A stretch of 64,000 nt of DNA. It comes from Eledone cirrhosa. Lineage: Eukaryota. The position numbers and the translations under genes were made by a program. This document shows, in pieces, positions 51,426-64,000 of the stretch (within the stretch, counting starts at the first letter, position 1; each line of letters begins with the position of its first letter). The notes under the pieces are model-generated. The model was not told the origin of the DNA and did not search any database. It worked only from the letters and a program-made list of their open reading frames with translations. The DNA is taken from positions 90,272,001 to 90,336,000 of the forward strand of contig OZ024740.1 in assembly GCA_964016885.1 (NCBI GenBank), in the 5' to 3' direction.

Positions 51426-51578
51426 CATTAGCTCTATACGGACGTTTAAATTGAATAAATAAATATATGTGTGTATGTGTGTGTATATATATGTAGAAAC
51501 ACACGCACGCACACTCACACACACACATATATATAACCATTTATATAAATATTTATATATATATCTATCAATAATAAT

Positions 51579-51763
51579 TGTTTCTACTTTAGGCACAGGG
51601 CCAGCAATTACCCAGTGCATTACTGGTACTTTATTTTATCGACCCCGTAATGATGAAAGGCAAAGTCAACCTCGGCGGGATTTGAACTCATATCGTAAAG
51701 GGACGTAACTATGGTGGAAAGCATGGCGTCCGACACTCTACCGATAGTGCCAATCCACCGCCC
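51579..51763 (-). mobile_element. tRNA-derived SINE, full length, 17-bp TSD
   Basis: Reverse complement of the 25224 family. TSD tatctatcaataataat at 51562-51578 and 51765-51781. Confidence 0.92.
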
Positions 51764-51909
51764 TTATCTATCAATAATAATGAGTTCAAAACTCAGGCAG
51801 TCTTTTACAATGAAATAGCTCAAAGAAAGAAGTATTTCTGTCATTTACAATACAAACATGAATATGTTGGTATTTGTGTTTATCAAATATATTAATTTAT
51901 ATTAACTTG

Positions 51910-52088
<179 letters not shown>

Positions 52089-52680
52089 TATTCAAAATAT
52101 TAATAAATGAAGACATTTACATAATCAAAATATATGTTTTATTATATATATATCGGAGGTACTGTGCTGTTATTTTCAGTACGTCCTCATTAGATAAAAT
52201 ATATGAATTGATGTATGACATACCACGACTGTGTTGATGGTTCAATTCCAATTTTGGCAGTGATTTATTACAACAAATCTCAATATTTATATACCACAAG
52301 TAATAACATGACAAACTAAATATGATGGAGAGAGTGATATGTTGCGATATACAAGTTTTAGGAGAGGGTGAGTATGAGAAAAGATAGAAACATAAATAAC
52401 CCGTAAATATCTCTGTTAGAGAAAAAATAAAAAGAGAGAGATGTTGCTAAATATAAGAGAAGAGGGAAGAAACTGAAAGGATGAAGATAAAAGGAAGGAG
52501 AAGGAGATATAATAGAGAATGGAATACATAACTGTAAAGGAAAAGAAATAAAAACAAAAGAAAGAAGGAATGGACAGGATGCGTGACAGCTTTTTTCGAA
52601 TATTAAGTCAGGTAGAAGCGACCAATTAAATATCGTGAAATTTTTTTCTATTGTATTTGGTTATATTTGAGAAAAGATTA

Positions 52681-52783
52681 CTATTATATTATATACTATT
52701 ATATTATATACTATTATATTATATACTATTATATTATATACTATTATATTATATACTATTATATTATATACTATTATATTATA
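52681..52783. repeat. 15-bp minisatellite (ctattatattatata) x ~7
   Basis: Exact tandem copies; the source of the spurious (LLYYI)n ORF. Confidence 0.95.
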
Positions 52784-53399
52784 TCAAAATTAAACAATAT
52801 AAGATATTTTCAATGATAATCAGGAGCATAGTTAAATTAATAAATATATTCAATATTAAGTTACAAAATTCAAAATCAGAATCATTATTAACTACCAATA
52901 ATGTTTACAGATATAGTAAATAAATATGAGAGTATTTATCACAACTTCATCGTATATTAGCATCTTATTATGCAATTTATATAATGTTTAGAATTATGAA
53001 CATTATAAACATTACAATCAGTTTAAATCAATAGTTGTCACTTACATATAAGATTAATTATTAGTTATATTATTATTTCGATTGAACCAAATCTTACTGT
53101 ATGCAACACTAAAGATCATGTTAAATACACATTAATCCATTTGGATGAAACGAAAATTATACACGATGAATGTAAATAAAAGAGCTCTGTACATCTTATC
53201 TGGACGTTTAAAAAGCTAAATGGTTTGAAAGTCTGAAGTTATTTCAGATCTCAAATTTAGAAAATTCCAGTCCTAAAAAAAGGATTCTCAAACCAAACTA
53301 AAGGTATTTAGTCAATCATGAGATTAACTTACTATATAAAAGAACCGATATGCAATCTTATAAGGTAAGGTAAAACATTATACACAATAATAACAATAA

Positions 53400-54862
53400 C
53401 AGTAGCATTACAAGAATTATTAATAAATGTCAATATTTTTTTCTCACTCAGTCAATGTTTTTTCCTAAATTTATATAATGCTTGAATTGTTCTTCCAGAT
53501 TTATGGAGGCAATTTGAAAATAGCTCACTTTTCTTATTACTTAAATTACCATAATTAGTAATTATTAATATTCTCTAAATTGCAAATATTGCAATTTGGT
53601 GAGATGGAATCTTTCCGATAGGATTCATAGTTTCTAAGCTTAATCCAAGAAATTGAGTATTTTATATTTTTCTCTTTTAAAGACCATATTAGTTGTGATA
53701 ATGAAGTAGAACATTTTTATCTGGATTAGAGAAAGAATGTTTATGATTGGAAAAGCGAAGTTTAAACTTCGATGAAGTTGCACCTATGTAGTTATAAGTA
53801 ATATTATTATTTGTTTTAATGGTACATTTATATACTAAATTCTTATCAAGGCAGTTATTTTGCAAAGGGCATTCTGTTTACCTTCTACGGTTACAGTTCA
53901 ATTCCATGCTATTTCTATAACCTAAGCTGTTCGTATTATCATTGTTAATATTTCTAGGTGTTCTACAACATGTGTTTAAATTATTGTTATTGTTATTGTT
54001 ATTCACATTAATTACTGTATTATTATTATTATTATTGTTATTATCGGTAATACTATGTTGGCTAGAATTAACAATTATGCTATTAATTTTTGCAATATTC
54101 GGCGCCATATGCATAATTGTTGAGTAAGAAAGTTTAACTGTGTGTCTATTGAAGATAGAGTAATACTTATGTGATCTTGGGAAACAGTTATCTAAGGCTT
54201 TAAAAAATAAATGTGCTAAATGTGTTTTAATAGCTAAATACGTTTGAGGGGCATACGAAATAATAGATCTAGTTCTTATTTTTTTCCGGATTTATTCTGC
54301 AAATTGTTACTTTTATATATATTTTTACAGTCAGTTTTATTTTTATTAATCTTATTATTATGAATATTGTGTTTATAATTACTATTATTATTTTCTACAT
54401 ATTCAATATTATTTATATATCCTGCTTTATGTAACGCGTCATCATAATATCCAGTTTTACTATTAAAATGCATTTGTTAGCAGATAATCTGGATATACGT
54501 TGTTGAACACTATTGACTATTGCATTTTTATAAATTTTAGGATGATTAGTATAAAAACAAACATAATTTAGGTTTTCATTGGGTTTATGTAAGGGGTAAT
54601 ATAGACCTGTGTTTTAATTAAGGGTTACGTCTAAAAAGTTAAATATTTTACTGTTATTTTCTACTTCCAATTTCATGTTGTAATTTAAAGAATTCTATAA
54701 TTACTTTCTTTATTCTATTTAATTCACTATTATTATTTTAACTACAGTAAATAATATGTCATCTCTATATAAACCACCGGTAATCTCCGGCAGTTTTCTA
54801 TTCATCATATTAAGGAATATATAATAACACATATATTTTGATTATGTAAATGTCTCCATTTA
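53400..54862 (-). mobile_element. AT-rich Naiad-like PLE fragment (RT C-half + GIY-YIG), decayed
   Basis: Minus strand encodes ITGGLYRDDIL, FNFLDVTLN, YYPLHKPNE, QRISRLSAN, LSYSTIMHMA, CPLQNNCLDKNLVYKC, NYIGATSSKFKLRFSNHKHSF, STSLSQLIWSLK, CNICN and NKKSELFSNCLH. Confidence 0.87.
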
Positions 54863-54987
54863 TTAATATTTTGAATACTATTAATAACACCAGGAACCGT
54901 CACTGTTCAGTGCTTTTAATCTATTGTAAAACTATATTCATTGAGTAATCAATGAACATTATCAACATTTGGTTATATATATATATA

Positions 54988-55834
54988 TCACCTTGACCGA
55001 CCAGTCGATCGGGCGTCCATTCAGCGCCGCTGGTCACAGCACACCGTCCATTCCTCTCTGGATCGTGCTTTCCTCATCCATGTATTCCCAATCGCAACTC
55101 CACCCTCGTGGAGGCTTTCCGAGTGGTCGTTTCCACTCACGCGCGTACCACTTGGCAACTGCGCGGCTCCACCGCTTATCGGTGTCCAGCCCATCTGAAC
55201 TTGTTGCGCATATATTCTGTGATAACGTCCCTCACGCCGGACTTCTGTTTGATGACTTCGCTCCTGATGTGCTCTCTCAACGAGATTCCTAGCATTGATC
55301 TCTCCATGGCTCTTTGAGCCGTTACCAGCCGCTGCTCTTCTCTCTTCGTTGTAGCCCAAGTTTCACTGCCATATAACATTGAAGGTAAAACTGTGCTATT
55401 GAAGAGGTTGGCGCGCGTGGTCTTGTCCAACCACCCCTTGAGCACATCCCTTATGCTGTTGAACGCCTTCTATCCTGCCCTTACTCTCTTTGAGATCTCC
55501 CTCTCAATGTCTCGGCGCATATTCACTTCCTGTCCCACGTACACGTATTCCTCCACCTCCTCTATTTAATCACCGCCAACCACCATTCGACCTGTTGGTA
55601 CGTTGTCGGCCGCATGAACTTCGTTTTCATGCTGTTCATCTTGAGGCCTAATGCAGAGCTTTTGATGTCGAGCTCCGTCAGCATACACTGAAGCTGATCC
55701 GTGGTTTCAGCGATGAGTACGATCTCATCAGCGAAACGAAGGTGGGTAAGTATCTCGCCGCTGATGTTGACACCGCATTGCCAGTCAATGCCAGTCAATG
55801 ATCTGCTCGAGACACGCGGTGAAAAGCTTTGGAG
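54988..55834 (-). mobile_element. RTE-clade LINE 3' segment
   Basis: PKLFTACLEQI, GVNISGEILTHLRFADEIVL, GLKMN..KTKFM, LFNSTVLPSMLYGSETW, QRAMERSMLG and KFRWAGH. Ends at an (AT)n tail. Confidence 0.92.
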
Positions 55835-56383
55835 TCAGGCGGAGAGTAGCTCTGGAAAATCCACGCCGAGTGAATCACACACTATCTGGACGAGGGAAGA
55901 ATACCCTCGCAGCGGAAAGAGTCGAATACCATCCTATTATACAAGTAGGGGGATAGAGAAGATCTGAAGAACTACCAACCCATATGCCTGCTGTCTCACG
56001 TGTACAAGCTGTTCACGAAGATAATCCTGAACAGGTTATCACGTTATCTGGACGAACAGCAACCGAAGGAGCAAATCGACTTCCGGAAAAAACTATAGCA
56101 CGCTGGACCACATATTTAATCTGACACAATTGCTAGAGCGAGCAAAAGAATACAAGATGCCTCTTTGCGTCGCGTTCGTAGACAACGAGAAGGCCTTCGA
56201 CAGCGTCGAAACATCGCAGTGCTGAACTCGCTGCAGAGGTAAGGAGTCGAGGCGCAATACCTTCAACTGCTAGGGGAGGCGAGTTCCGGATGCACTACCG
56301 ACATAGCTCTGCTGTCATCACCCGTACGAGTGTCGGTCGAGAAGGGAGTGAAGCAAGGAGATACGATCTCTCCAAACTTTTCA
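55835..56383 (+). mobile_element. RTE-clade LINE inverted 5' segment of the same element
   Basis: YLDEGRIPSQRKESNTILLYK*GDREDLKNYQPICLLSHVYKLFTKII, TLDHIF, FVDNEKAFDSVE and KGVKQGDTISP. Confidence 0.92.
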
Positions 56384-57711
56384 TATTTAAGAAAAGAAAA
56401 TAATATCGAAAATGCAACTGAAGTCTTATATTTAAAAATATATATATATTTATTTGGTCCCTTTAGCGGTTTCGCAGTTCTTCTACTTTTCAAAAATAGA
56501 GTTGAGATGTAGGGTCTGTGGTTTTTCTCACATCTGGTTGGTCTTTGAATGTTACTTGTTTTATATGGAAAAAAAGTTGCTCGAAACGCCAGGTTTTTAG
56601 AGAAGTAATTTGATTGGTTGATCAATAAATATAATAAATTTCGCGCCAGTTCGCGTTGCAAAGTTCTTCAAACAAGGGATGGATGGGTGGAGGTGCTCAG
56701 ATTGTTTTTTTCATATATGAGTGAAGTTTGGTTGGTTTATGCATGCAGTCACATGAATAAGCACATCAGCTTTCGCGCCAGTTTGAATTTCTTTTTACTT
56801 AAAAAAGGGGGCTCACGAAGGCTTTTTTGTAATAAATGTAATTTGATTGGTTATAAATGAAATTATGATTGTCACGTGAACAAGTTCATTCAATTTCGCG
56901 CCCGTATTTGGGAATTTATTTTGTAGCCTTTTAGATAATTTTATGACAAACAAAAGATAATGGTCAAGAGAAATGGGATGGAAGAATTGTTCTGGTTCAG
57001 TGAATATGGCTGGTTCGCTGGGGTTTCAGAATTCAGACTTTCTATTGAAATAAAGAAAGTAGAGATGTATATGTTTATGTGTGTGCTTGTGTGTGTGTGT
57101 ATGTGTGTGTTTGTGTGTGTGTGTGTCTGTGTGTGTGTGTGTGTGTGTCTGTGTGTGTGTGTGTGTATGTGTGTGTGTGTGTGCGCGTGTGTGTGTGTGT
57201 GTTTGTGTGTGTGTATAGGAAGATGTTTCTATTAGTAGAAATGGGGCAGGGAGTTGTGTGTGTAGTTGTGCTGTTATGTGTTTGTATGTGTGTTATGTCT
57301 GTGTGGGAGTATGATTAGCATGTTAAGATGAAAATAATATATATTTTGTGAGGGTGTGTGTTTGTGTGTGTGTAAGAAAATGATTCCGTTAGTAGAAATA
57401 TTTTTGAGTGAACATATTTTCCATGTTTATTCGTATTTGTATCTCCATAGTTAATTGATTTCGCCATCAATGTTTCTCATTGATTTACCAACGATGAAAA
57501 ATACAGATATAAATATATACATATAGTCTAACAAAGTTCTTTCGATGCACACCTGCAACATCATCAGTGTTACTATTATCATGCTTCCTCCTATTGTATT
57601 GTATTGTAATATTTACGCACTTTTTATTACATTTATTTATAAATATTTAAATATATATTATTTATTTATTAATATAAATATAATATTAATATAAACAAAT
57701 TCAGAAAAGAA

Positions 57712-57754
<43 letters not shown>

Positions 57755-57757
<3 letters not shown>

Positions 57758-60700
57758 CTAATGGCGACAGAATTCTATATCAACTTAGTGCTCTCCACTT
57801 TGGAAAACGAAACATACTACGAAAAGGCTGAACACTAGAATAAACAGAAAATTATGAGAAAACTAAAAACTCTGATCAACCAATACAAAGAAGGACTCAC
57901 TAACAAGGAATTCAGCTTCATCACAGACTTCACAAGTAAATTCAGTCTTTTCTACGGTATCCCTAAAGTACATAAACGCGAATTAATAAGTAAGGCATGC
58001 AAGGAAGCCACAGACATAGTCATCAATGTCCCCTCACCCAATGATCTCAAATTAAGACCTATAATAGCAGGCCCCGCTTGCGAAACCAACCGCCTTAGCA
58101 ACTTCATTGGTACCCTTCTCAAGCCTTTTCTCAAACACATCAAAAGCTATATAAGGGACGACCTAGATATGCTCAATCACTTCCATAATATTCCCCTTTC
58201 TGAACAAACCCCACTAGTGACGTTCGATGTAGTCAACATATACTCCAACATCCTCCACAACCTAGGAATAGAAGCTATCCAATTCTGGCTGGATAATTAC
58301 CACAATGAACTCCCACAACGCATCAAAAAAAGAATTCGTGATAGAGGGACTCAAATTTATCTTGGAGAACAATTTCTTCGTTTTCAATAACACACCCTAC
58401 AGGCAAATATGGGACCGCTATGGGAACGAAAACAGCCCCCACTTATGCCAACCTAGTCATGGGATACCTGGAAATGACCCTCTACACTAAAGTACTAAAC
58501 ACATTTAGAAACACTCTCCACTTACACATAGAAAGGAACTGGAAGCGATATCTAGATGACTGCTTCATCCTTAGGCACGAAAACATCGAGAAACTTAAAG
58601 AATTTCACAGCCTTATAAATCGGTTCAACACGAATATTAACTTCACGATGGAATACATCCGTCAACAACTCCCCTTCCTCGACATACTCATTACGATTCA
58701 TAACAAAAAAATAGAAACAGACATAGACTACAAGCCCACAGACTCCAAGCAATATCTTCATTTCAACTCTTGCCACCCTAGACACGTTAAAATTAATATT
58801 CCCTACAACTTAGCCAAGAGAATCTGTCTCCAATAAAAACACCTGTTACTTACGGCTACATGAACTAAAGGACACAGTCATAGGCAGGGATTAACCTGCA
58901 TCACTAATTGACAATGGAATCCAACGTGCCTTAAAACTCAGTACCCAGGACCTTAGACACCCGAAAGTATATCAAACGAAACTAAAAGCTGTTCCATACA
59001 TCTCCACACACAACCCCGTCAACAATGAGGCCTTTGACACCATCCTCCAGAACATCCCTGTGTTGAAAAAGGACCATAGAATGAACCAAATCCTACGAAG
59101 ACACGATATCATAAAGAGCAAAAGACAATCTAAGTCAATGAAAAACATCCTAACACATGCCAAAGTACTGCCAACCACAACAACGAAACCCACAGTAAAA
59201 AAATGCGATAGACCCAACTGTGGCATATGCATCAACCTAATAGAGGGTTCGGAATTCTGTTTCAAAGAAGGACAACCTTTTATAGTAAAACACAATTTCA
59301 CATGCGCTTCAGAAAATCTAGTATATGTATTGACTTGCTCAGGTTGTCGAGAACAATACATAGGCCAGACCAAAAACAGCCTCCGCCAACGCATGACTGT
59401 CCGTAGATCCCAAATTAAAATACGGGAATACAGGAAAATACCACTGAGTGAACACATTGATACCTGTGCCGCTCAAACTTCAGAATCTTTCCCCTCTACA
59501 AATTTAAATATAATGCCACCCACACCCAGCGTATCAGCAAGGAATCTCACTTTATTAACAAATACGGACCCCGTCTAAATACTTCTCCCTAAGACGAACC
59601 CACAACATACACACGTCAACATACATACCTACATCAGCATACATCCTACATACATCTCTATCCACATATAAACACAATGACATACGTAAACACACATGTT
59701 ATATGGTGCAACACAAATATACACAAATGTGCATACCTTTTGATGTCTATAGATATCAACGTACCTACACACACACATACATATACGCACACATGCATTG
59801 CACACTGATGGGCACATACATATTTGTACACAAGTACTCCAATACGGTAAGGCCTAATTGATTCCCCTTGCAGTACGTACGATCTGGACACTCACACACA
59901 CCTTGGTTTTATGCCAATACAATATATCATTTCACGCCTTTTATTATTAAGGTTTTTGATGCTCTATTGAAAGAATCCTTTTTACTGAAAATATTGAATA
60001 ATGTACACCATTTTTACCAGTATCACCAAAATACTGGTCCACCCACACACACACCCGCACATTCACACACACACACACACACACACAGAGACACATACAC
60101 ACACACACACACACATACACACCCACACCCACACGCACACACACACACACATATATATATATACACACACATACACACGCGTACATTAACATACAAAGAG
60201 ACATATACACTCACACACACACTTCTCCGTATAAGACAAGAGCTGAAAAATATATTTTAACATGTTAAAATATCCCCCACACACGTACAGACACATTCCT
60301 ACTGCCCGATCCCTCTACCACGAATTACTCTGCTACACACACACTTGTCTTAATACGCATTTGAACTGTCAAATGGCTGCTGTTCGCACACACATCCCTG
60401 CTGACCATTATCACAACAACGAACCGCTTTACTACTACTACACACGCATACACACACACACACGCATGTTTGTCTTGAAAGACTTATTTTTTCAGTGACT
60501 TCTCAATCAGCCGAGACAAACCTACATTTGGCGCAAAATCAATTTTTAACATTCACATGACCTCTACCGACCAATCAAAATTGTTTTGACCACAATAACT
60601 TTTTCATACATCTGGAGCCACTTTTTTTTTTAAATAAAACAGGTAGAATTTACAAAACTAATCAGATTAGAGCAAACATCACGGGCGCTCTATCTCAAAA

Positions 60701-60848
60701 TTGTTTTTGAAAAGCATTAGAAATTAGCAACCGGTAAAACTTAAAACTTAAAACCAAACAATACTATCACTAATTTTTGCTTATTCCTAATTAAACTATT
60801 TTTCACTGGGAACAATTTGTCAGCATTTTCTTTTCCTTTTACCAATAC
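57755..60848 (+). mobile_element. Penelope-like element (Neptune-like), 5'-truncated, frameshifted RT + GIY-YIG with long 3' UTR
   Basis: FYGIPKVHK, LRPIIAG, YIRDDLD, LVTFDVVNIYSNI, MGTKTAPTYANLVMG, WKRYLDDCF, LPFLDI, KPTDSKQYL, CDRPNCGIC and LVYVLTCSGCREQYIGQT..LRQR. Coding remnant runs to about 59590; the 3' boundary is inferred. Confidence 0.9.
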
Positions 60849-60866
60849 ATACATATATATATATAT

Positions 60867-61282
60867 ATAGAATAGAAAACGAAAAATAAGTGATGCATCT
60901 GAACTAAATTGATTGTGTGTTACAATTGTTTCGTCGGCGTACATCTCGAGCGCTATCATTGTGTGGATCTGTCTGATTCTGGACCCGCAGGTTCGACGGA
61001 CACGTCTAATGATTTCGGAGCATATTCTCTCACCTCGTCTGTGAGTGAGAAAATATGCTCCAACATCATTAGAGGGGTCCGTCGAACCTGCGGGTCCAGA
61101 ATCAGACCTATCCACACAATGATCCAGCCTCGAGCTGTCCGCCGGCGAAACAATTGTAACACACAATAAATTGAGTTCAGATGCATCACTGATATTTAGT
61201 TTTCTATTCTATCTTACTCTTCGCTGTAAGAGCATAGAATGCTCAACCGACATACCGCCTATGGAAGCATCTTAGCTGCCAT

Positions 61283-61283
<1 letters not shown>
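60867..61283. repeat. Head-to-head inverted pair of a pLTR-like sequence (~168-bp arms) with a variant hammerhead
   Basis: 60867-61034 is a diverged inverse of 61045-61212. Arms carry gtgt/gggt CCGTCGA acctgcgg...ccgccggc GAAAC aatt GTA acac. Confidence 0.82.
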
Positions 61284-61334
<51 letters not shown>

Positions 61335-61378
61335 CACACACACACACATACACACACACATATATATATATATTTATA

Positions 61379-61430
<52 letters not shown>

Positions 61431-61466
61431 TATTAATTAAATGGAAACTATATTTATAAAACCATA

Positions 61467-61523
61467 TTTATTATATATATTTCAAGGATACCAAGACACC
61501 TAGGTACGCTTTCATCAGATAAA
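61467..61523 (-). ncRNA. Intact minimal type I hammerhead ribozyme; decayed relative at ~63150-63207
   Basis: Minus strand: tttat CTGATGA aagcgtacc-taggtgtctt-ggtatcctt GAAAT atat ATA ataaa. Confidence 0.72.
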
Positions 61524-61664
61524 ATACAAAGTTTGTTTTCTAAATAGAGACATATAGATGAACATCATACCCTATCGGTTGGAAATTCACTGGCTAGTTA
61601 TAAACATTTACATTTGTTGGACTTCCAACAAATTAAATACCCTTTCTACTTATATATATATATA

Positions 61665-61698
<34 letters not shown>

Positions 61699-61792
61699 CA
61701 TTCAAAGGGTATATATATTTATTAGACAAAGTCACATATATTTCATCTAACGATTCTTTGGACTTACCTTTTTACATCTATATACATATATA

Positions 61793-63002
61793 TATCGAGG
61801 CCGTAGAAGAGGTGGTTAAGGAGGCGAGAAGTATGAGTAATGGCAGCTTTCCAGCAGTCACTACACTTCAAAGATTACTCGACCAGAGGGAGTTATAAAC
61901 AATATATTGAGAAACACACAGATACATGCGGACATATACATATACATGAATATAACCACATCCATCCTTGAGTTAATGGTGCCAACCTTAACCGATGTTG
62001 CTCTATGAATAATTGGGACAAACCAATCCGAATGGATTAGACTGAACCAGTATCAGAGCTAAAAGTACATTATGAAGAGAGAAGAAACATTTAGATATAA
62101 TTAGTAATAAGATGTATCATACCTAAACTGCTTCTAGATTCCTCGACTACGTAGTTTCGTGGCATAATCAAAAGCAATACATCATAGAGATATAGAGCCT
62201 TTGTGAGGTATGCCGACTTATCAAGAGGATACCTCATTTTACTAGCCTCAAGAACACGTCTATAAGATGTGAGATAGAATCCCAAAAGGCGGAGGGGGAG
62301 TCAGTCACGTGATACAACGGTCAAGAAACAGAGCTAAGCCCCTTATAACCCTGAAAAAAAATACCACGGAGGCGGAGGGGGTATTTATATCGAGGCCGTA
62401 GAAGAGGTGGTTAAGGAGGCGAGAGGTATGAGTAATGGCAGCTTTCTAGCAGTCACTACACTTCAAAGATTACTCGACCAGAGGGAATTATAAACAATAT
62501 ATTGAGAAACACACAGATACATGCGGAGACATACATATACATTTGTTCAGGGTTATAAGGGGCTTAGCTCTGTTTCTTGACCGTTGTATTACGTGACTGA
62601 CTCCCCCTCCGCCTTTTGGGATTCTATCTCACATCTTATACACGTGTTCTTGAGGCTAGTAAAATGAGGTATCCTCTTGATAAGTCGGCAGACCTCACAA
62701 AGGCTCTATATTTCTATGATGTATTGCTTTTGATTATGCCACAAAACTACGTAGTCGAGGAATCTAGAAGCAGTTTAGGTATGATACATCTTATTACTAA
62801 TTATATCTAAATGTTTCTTCTCTCTTCATAATGTACTTTTAGCTCTGATACTGGTTCAGTCTAATCCATTCGGATTGGTTTGTCCCAGTTATTCATAGAG
62901 CAACATCGGTTAAGGTTGGCACCATTAACTCAAGGATGGATGTGGTTATATTCATGTATATGTATGTGTCCGCATGTATCTGTGTGTTTCTCAATATATT
63001 GT
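61793..63002. repeat. Composite A-B-A-B' structure: ~455-bp inverted arms plus ~150-bp direct duplication
   Basis: 61899-62354 is the near-exact inverse of 62546-63002. 61793-61945 is repeated at 62389-62541. Confidence 0.92.
62140..62229 (-). ncRNA. Type I hammerhead ribozyme, U3:A8 covariant core, long stem II
   Basis: Minus strand: tcctc TTGATAA gt-c-ggcata..tatgcc-ac GAAAC tacgta GTC gagga. The mirror copy at 62672-62761 has G12 changed to A. Confidence 0.68.
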
Positions 63003-63016
63003 ACATATATATATAT

Positions 63017-63104
<88 letters not shown>

Positions 63105-63281
63105 GATATTAAATAAATGGAAACTATACTTATAAAACCATATTTATTTCATTATATATATTCCAGGGATATCATATTAAAAATATGGTATGCCTTCATC
63201 AGACAAAATACAATATAAACAGTCTTATAAATAGATAGATTTGACATACCTTACACTTCAAATTCCATTTAAAAAGTTGAT

Positions 63282-63914
63282 TTGGTAGTGAAAAATGTTA
63301 GGGACAGTTATAGGGAAAAAAGAATAGAAAGAAAGAATTTAGCACAAAATATAGCACAAAATATTAATAGAATAAATAATAGGAATTTAAAACCTAGCCA
63401 AAATACCAATAATAGCCTAAATAATATCCAAGTAAACAAATGTAACTGTAGAGATAGATCTAAATGTCCGTTAAATAACAATTGCTTAGTTAAAAATATA
63501 ATATACAACTGTAATGTTAAAACGGACTTAAATTATTTTAACTATGTTGGTTCCACCTCGACAGAATTTAAACTTCGCTATAATAACCACAAGAATTCTT
63601 TTACAGATCCAAGCAAAAAATCTTCAACATCACTATCAGGCTTACTCTGGCAACTTAAGCATGATAACGTTGGATATTTGACGGCTTGGAATATAGTCTC
63701 AAGAGGGATTCCTTTTAATTCATCTTCTGAGACATGTGACCTCTGCGCGGAGGAGATATTCTTTATACTAAAATCTAAAAATTCCCTTAATTTACGGACA
63801 AATTTATTCAGTTGCTGCAGACATAGATTGAACTCAACTTTTAAATATAAATATAAATTTAAAATGTCGTATATTTACTTAAGATTTGTAATTATTTATG
63901 AAACTCGCCGATAA
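63282..63914 (+). mobile_element. Naiad-like PLE GIY-YIG endonuclease domain, open frame but 5'-truncated (no RT)
   Basis: CNCRDRSKCPLNNNCLVKNIIYNC..NYVGSTSTEFKLRYNNHKNSF..STSLSGLLWQLK..CDLCAEE..LNLRTNLFSCCRH. Confidence 0.88.
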
Positions 63915-64000
63915 ATCTCTCGATTTCTTTTTTTAAACATTCTTCATGAATAATTAAACTACCCTAAAAGATGATGCTCCAAATATATCGAATAAATTTT

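Noticed and set aside
52651-52923. (LLYYI)n membrane-like ORF
   Set aside because: Translation of a 15-bp minisatellite.

Overview
AT-rich eukaryotic (animal) genomic DNA made almost entirely of retrotransposon debris and (TA)n/(TG)n/(TC)n microsatellites. I can support no host protein-coding gene. The abundant tRNA-derived SINE resembles the one I know from octopod cephalopods, so that origin is an inference. Elements present: two Tx1/L1-type LINEs (one near full length), two RTE-type LINEs (both with the 5'-inverted twin-priming geometry), a CR1 3' fragment, a decayed RNase H-bearing LINE, about seven Penelope-like element (PLE) pieces of Naiad-like and Neptune-like type, and about ten SINE copies. 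The most notable signal is non-coding. At 31365-34250 a young tandem array of six ~475-bp monomers each carries an identical minimal type I hammerhead ribozyme (HHR) with a palindromic stem III. This is the architecture of a non-LTR retrozyme, a putative circular-RNA-producing element. A separate 2.6-kb-unit tandem array also carries one HHR per unit. More than ten further intact, covariant (U3:A8) or decayed HHR motifs lie in PLE-type termini. Fold-back and template-switch junctions are common. All RNA structures were folded by eye and ribozyme activity is untested.
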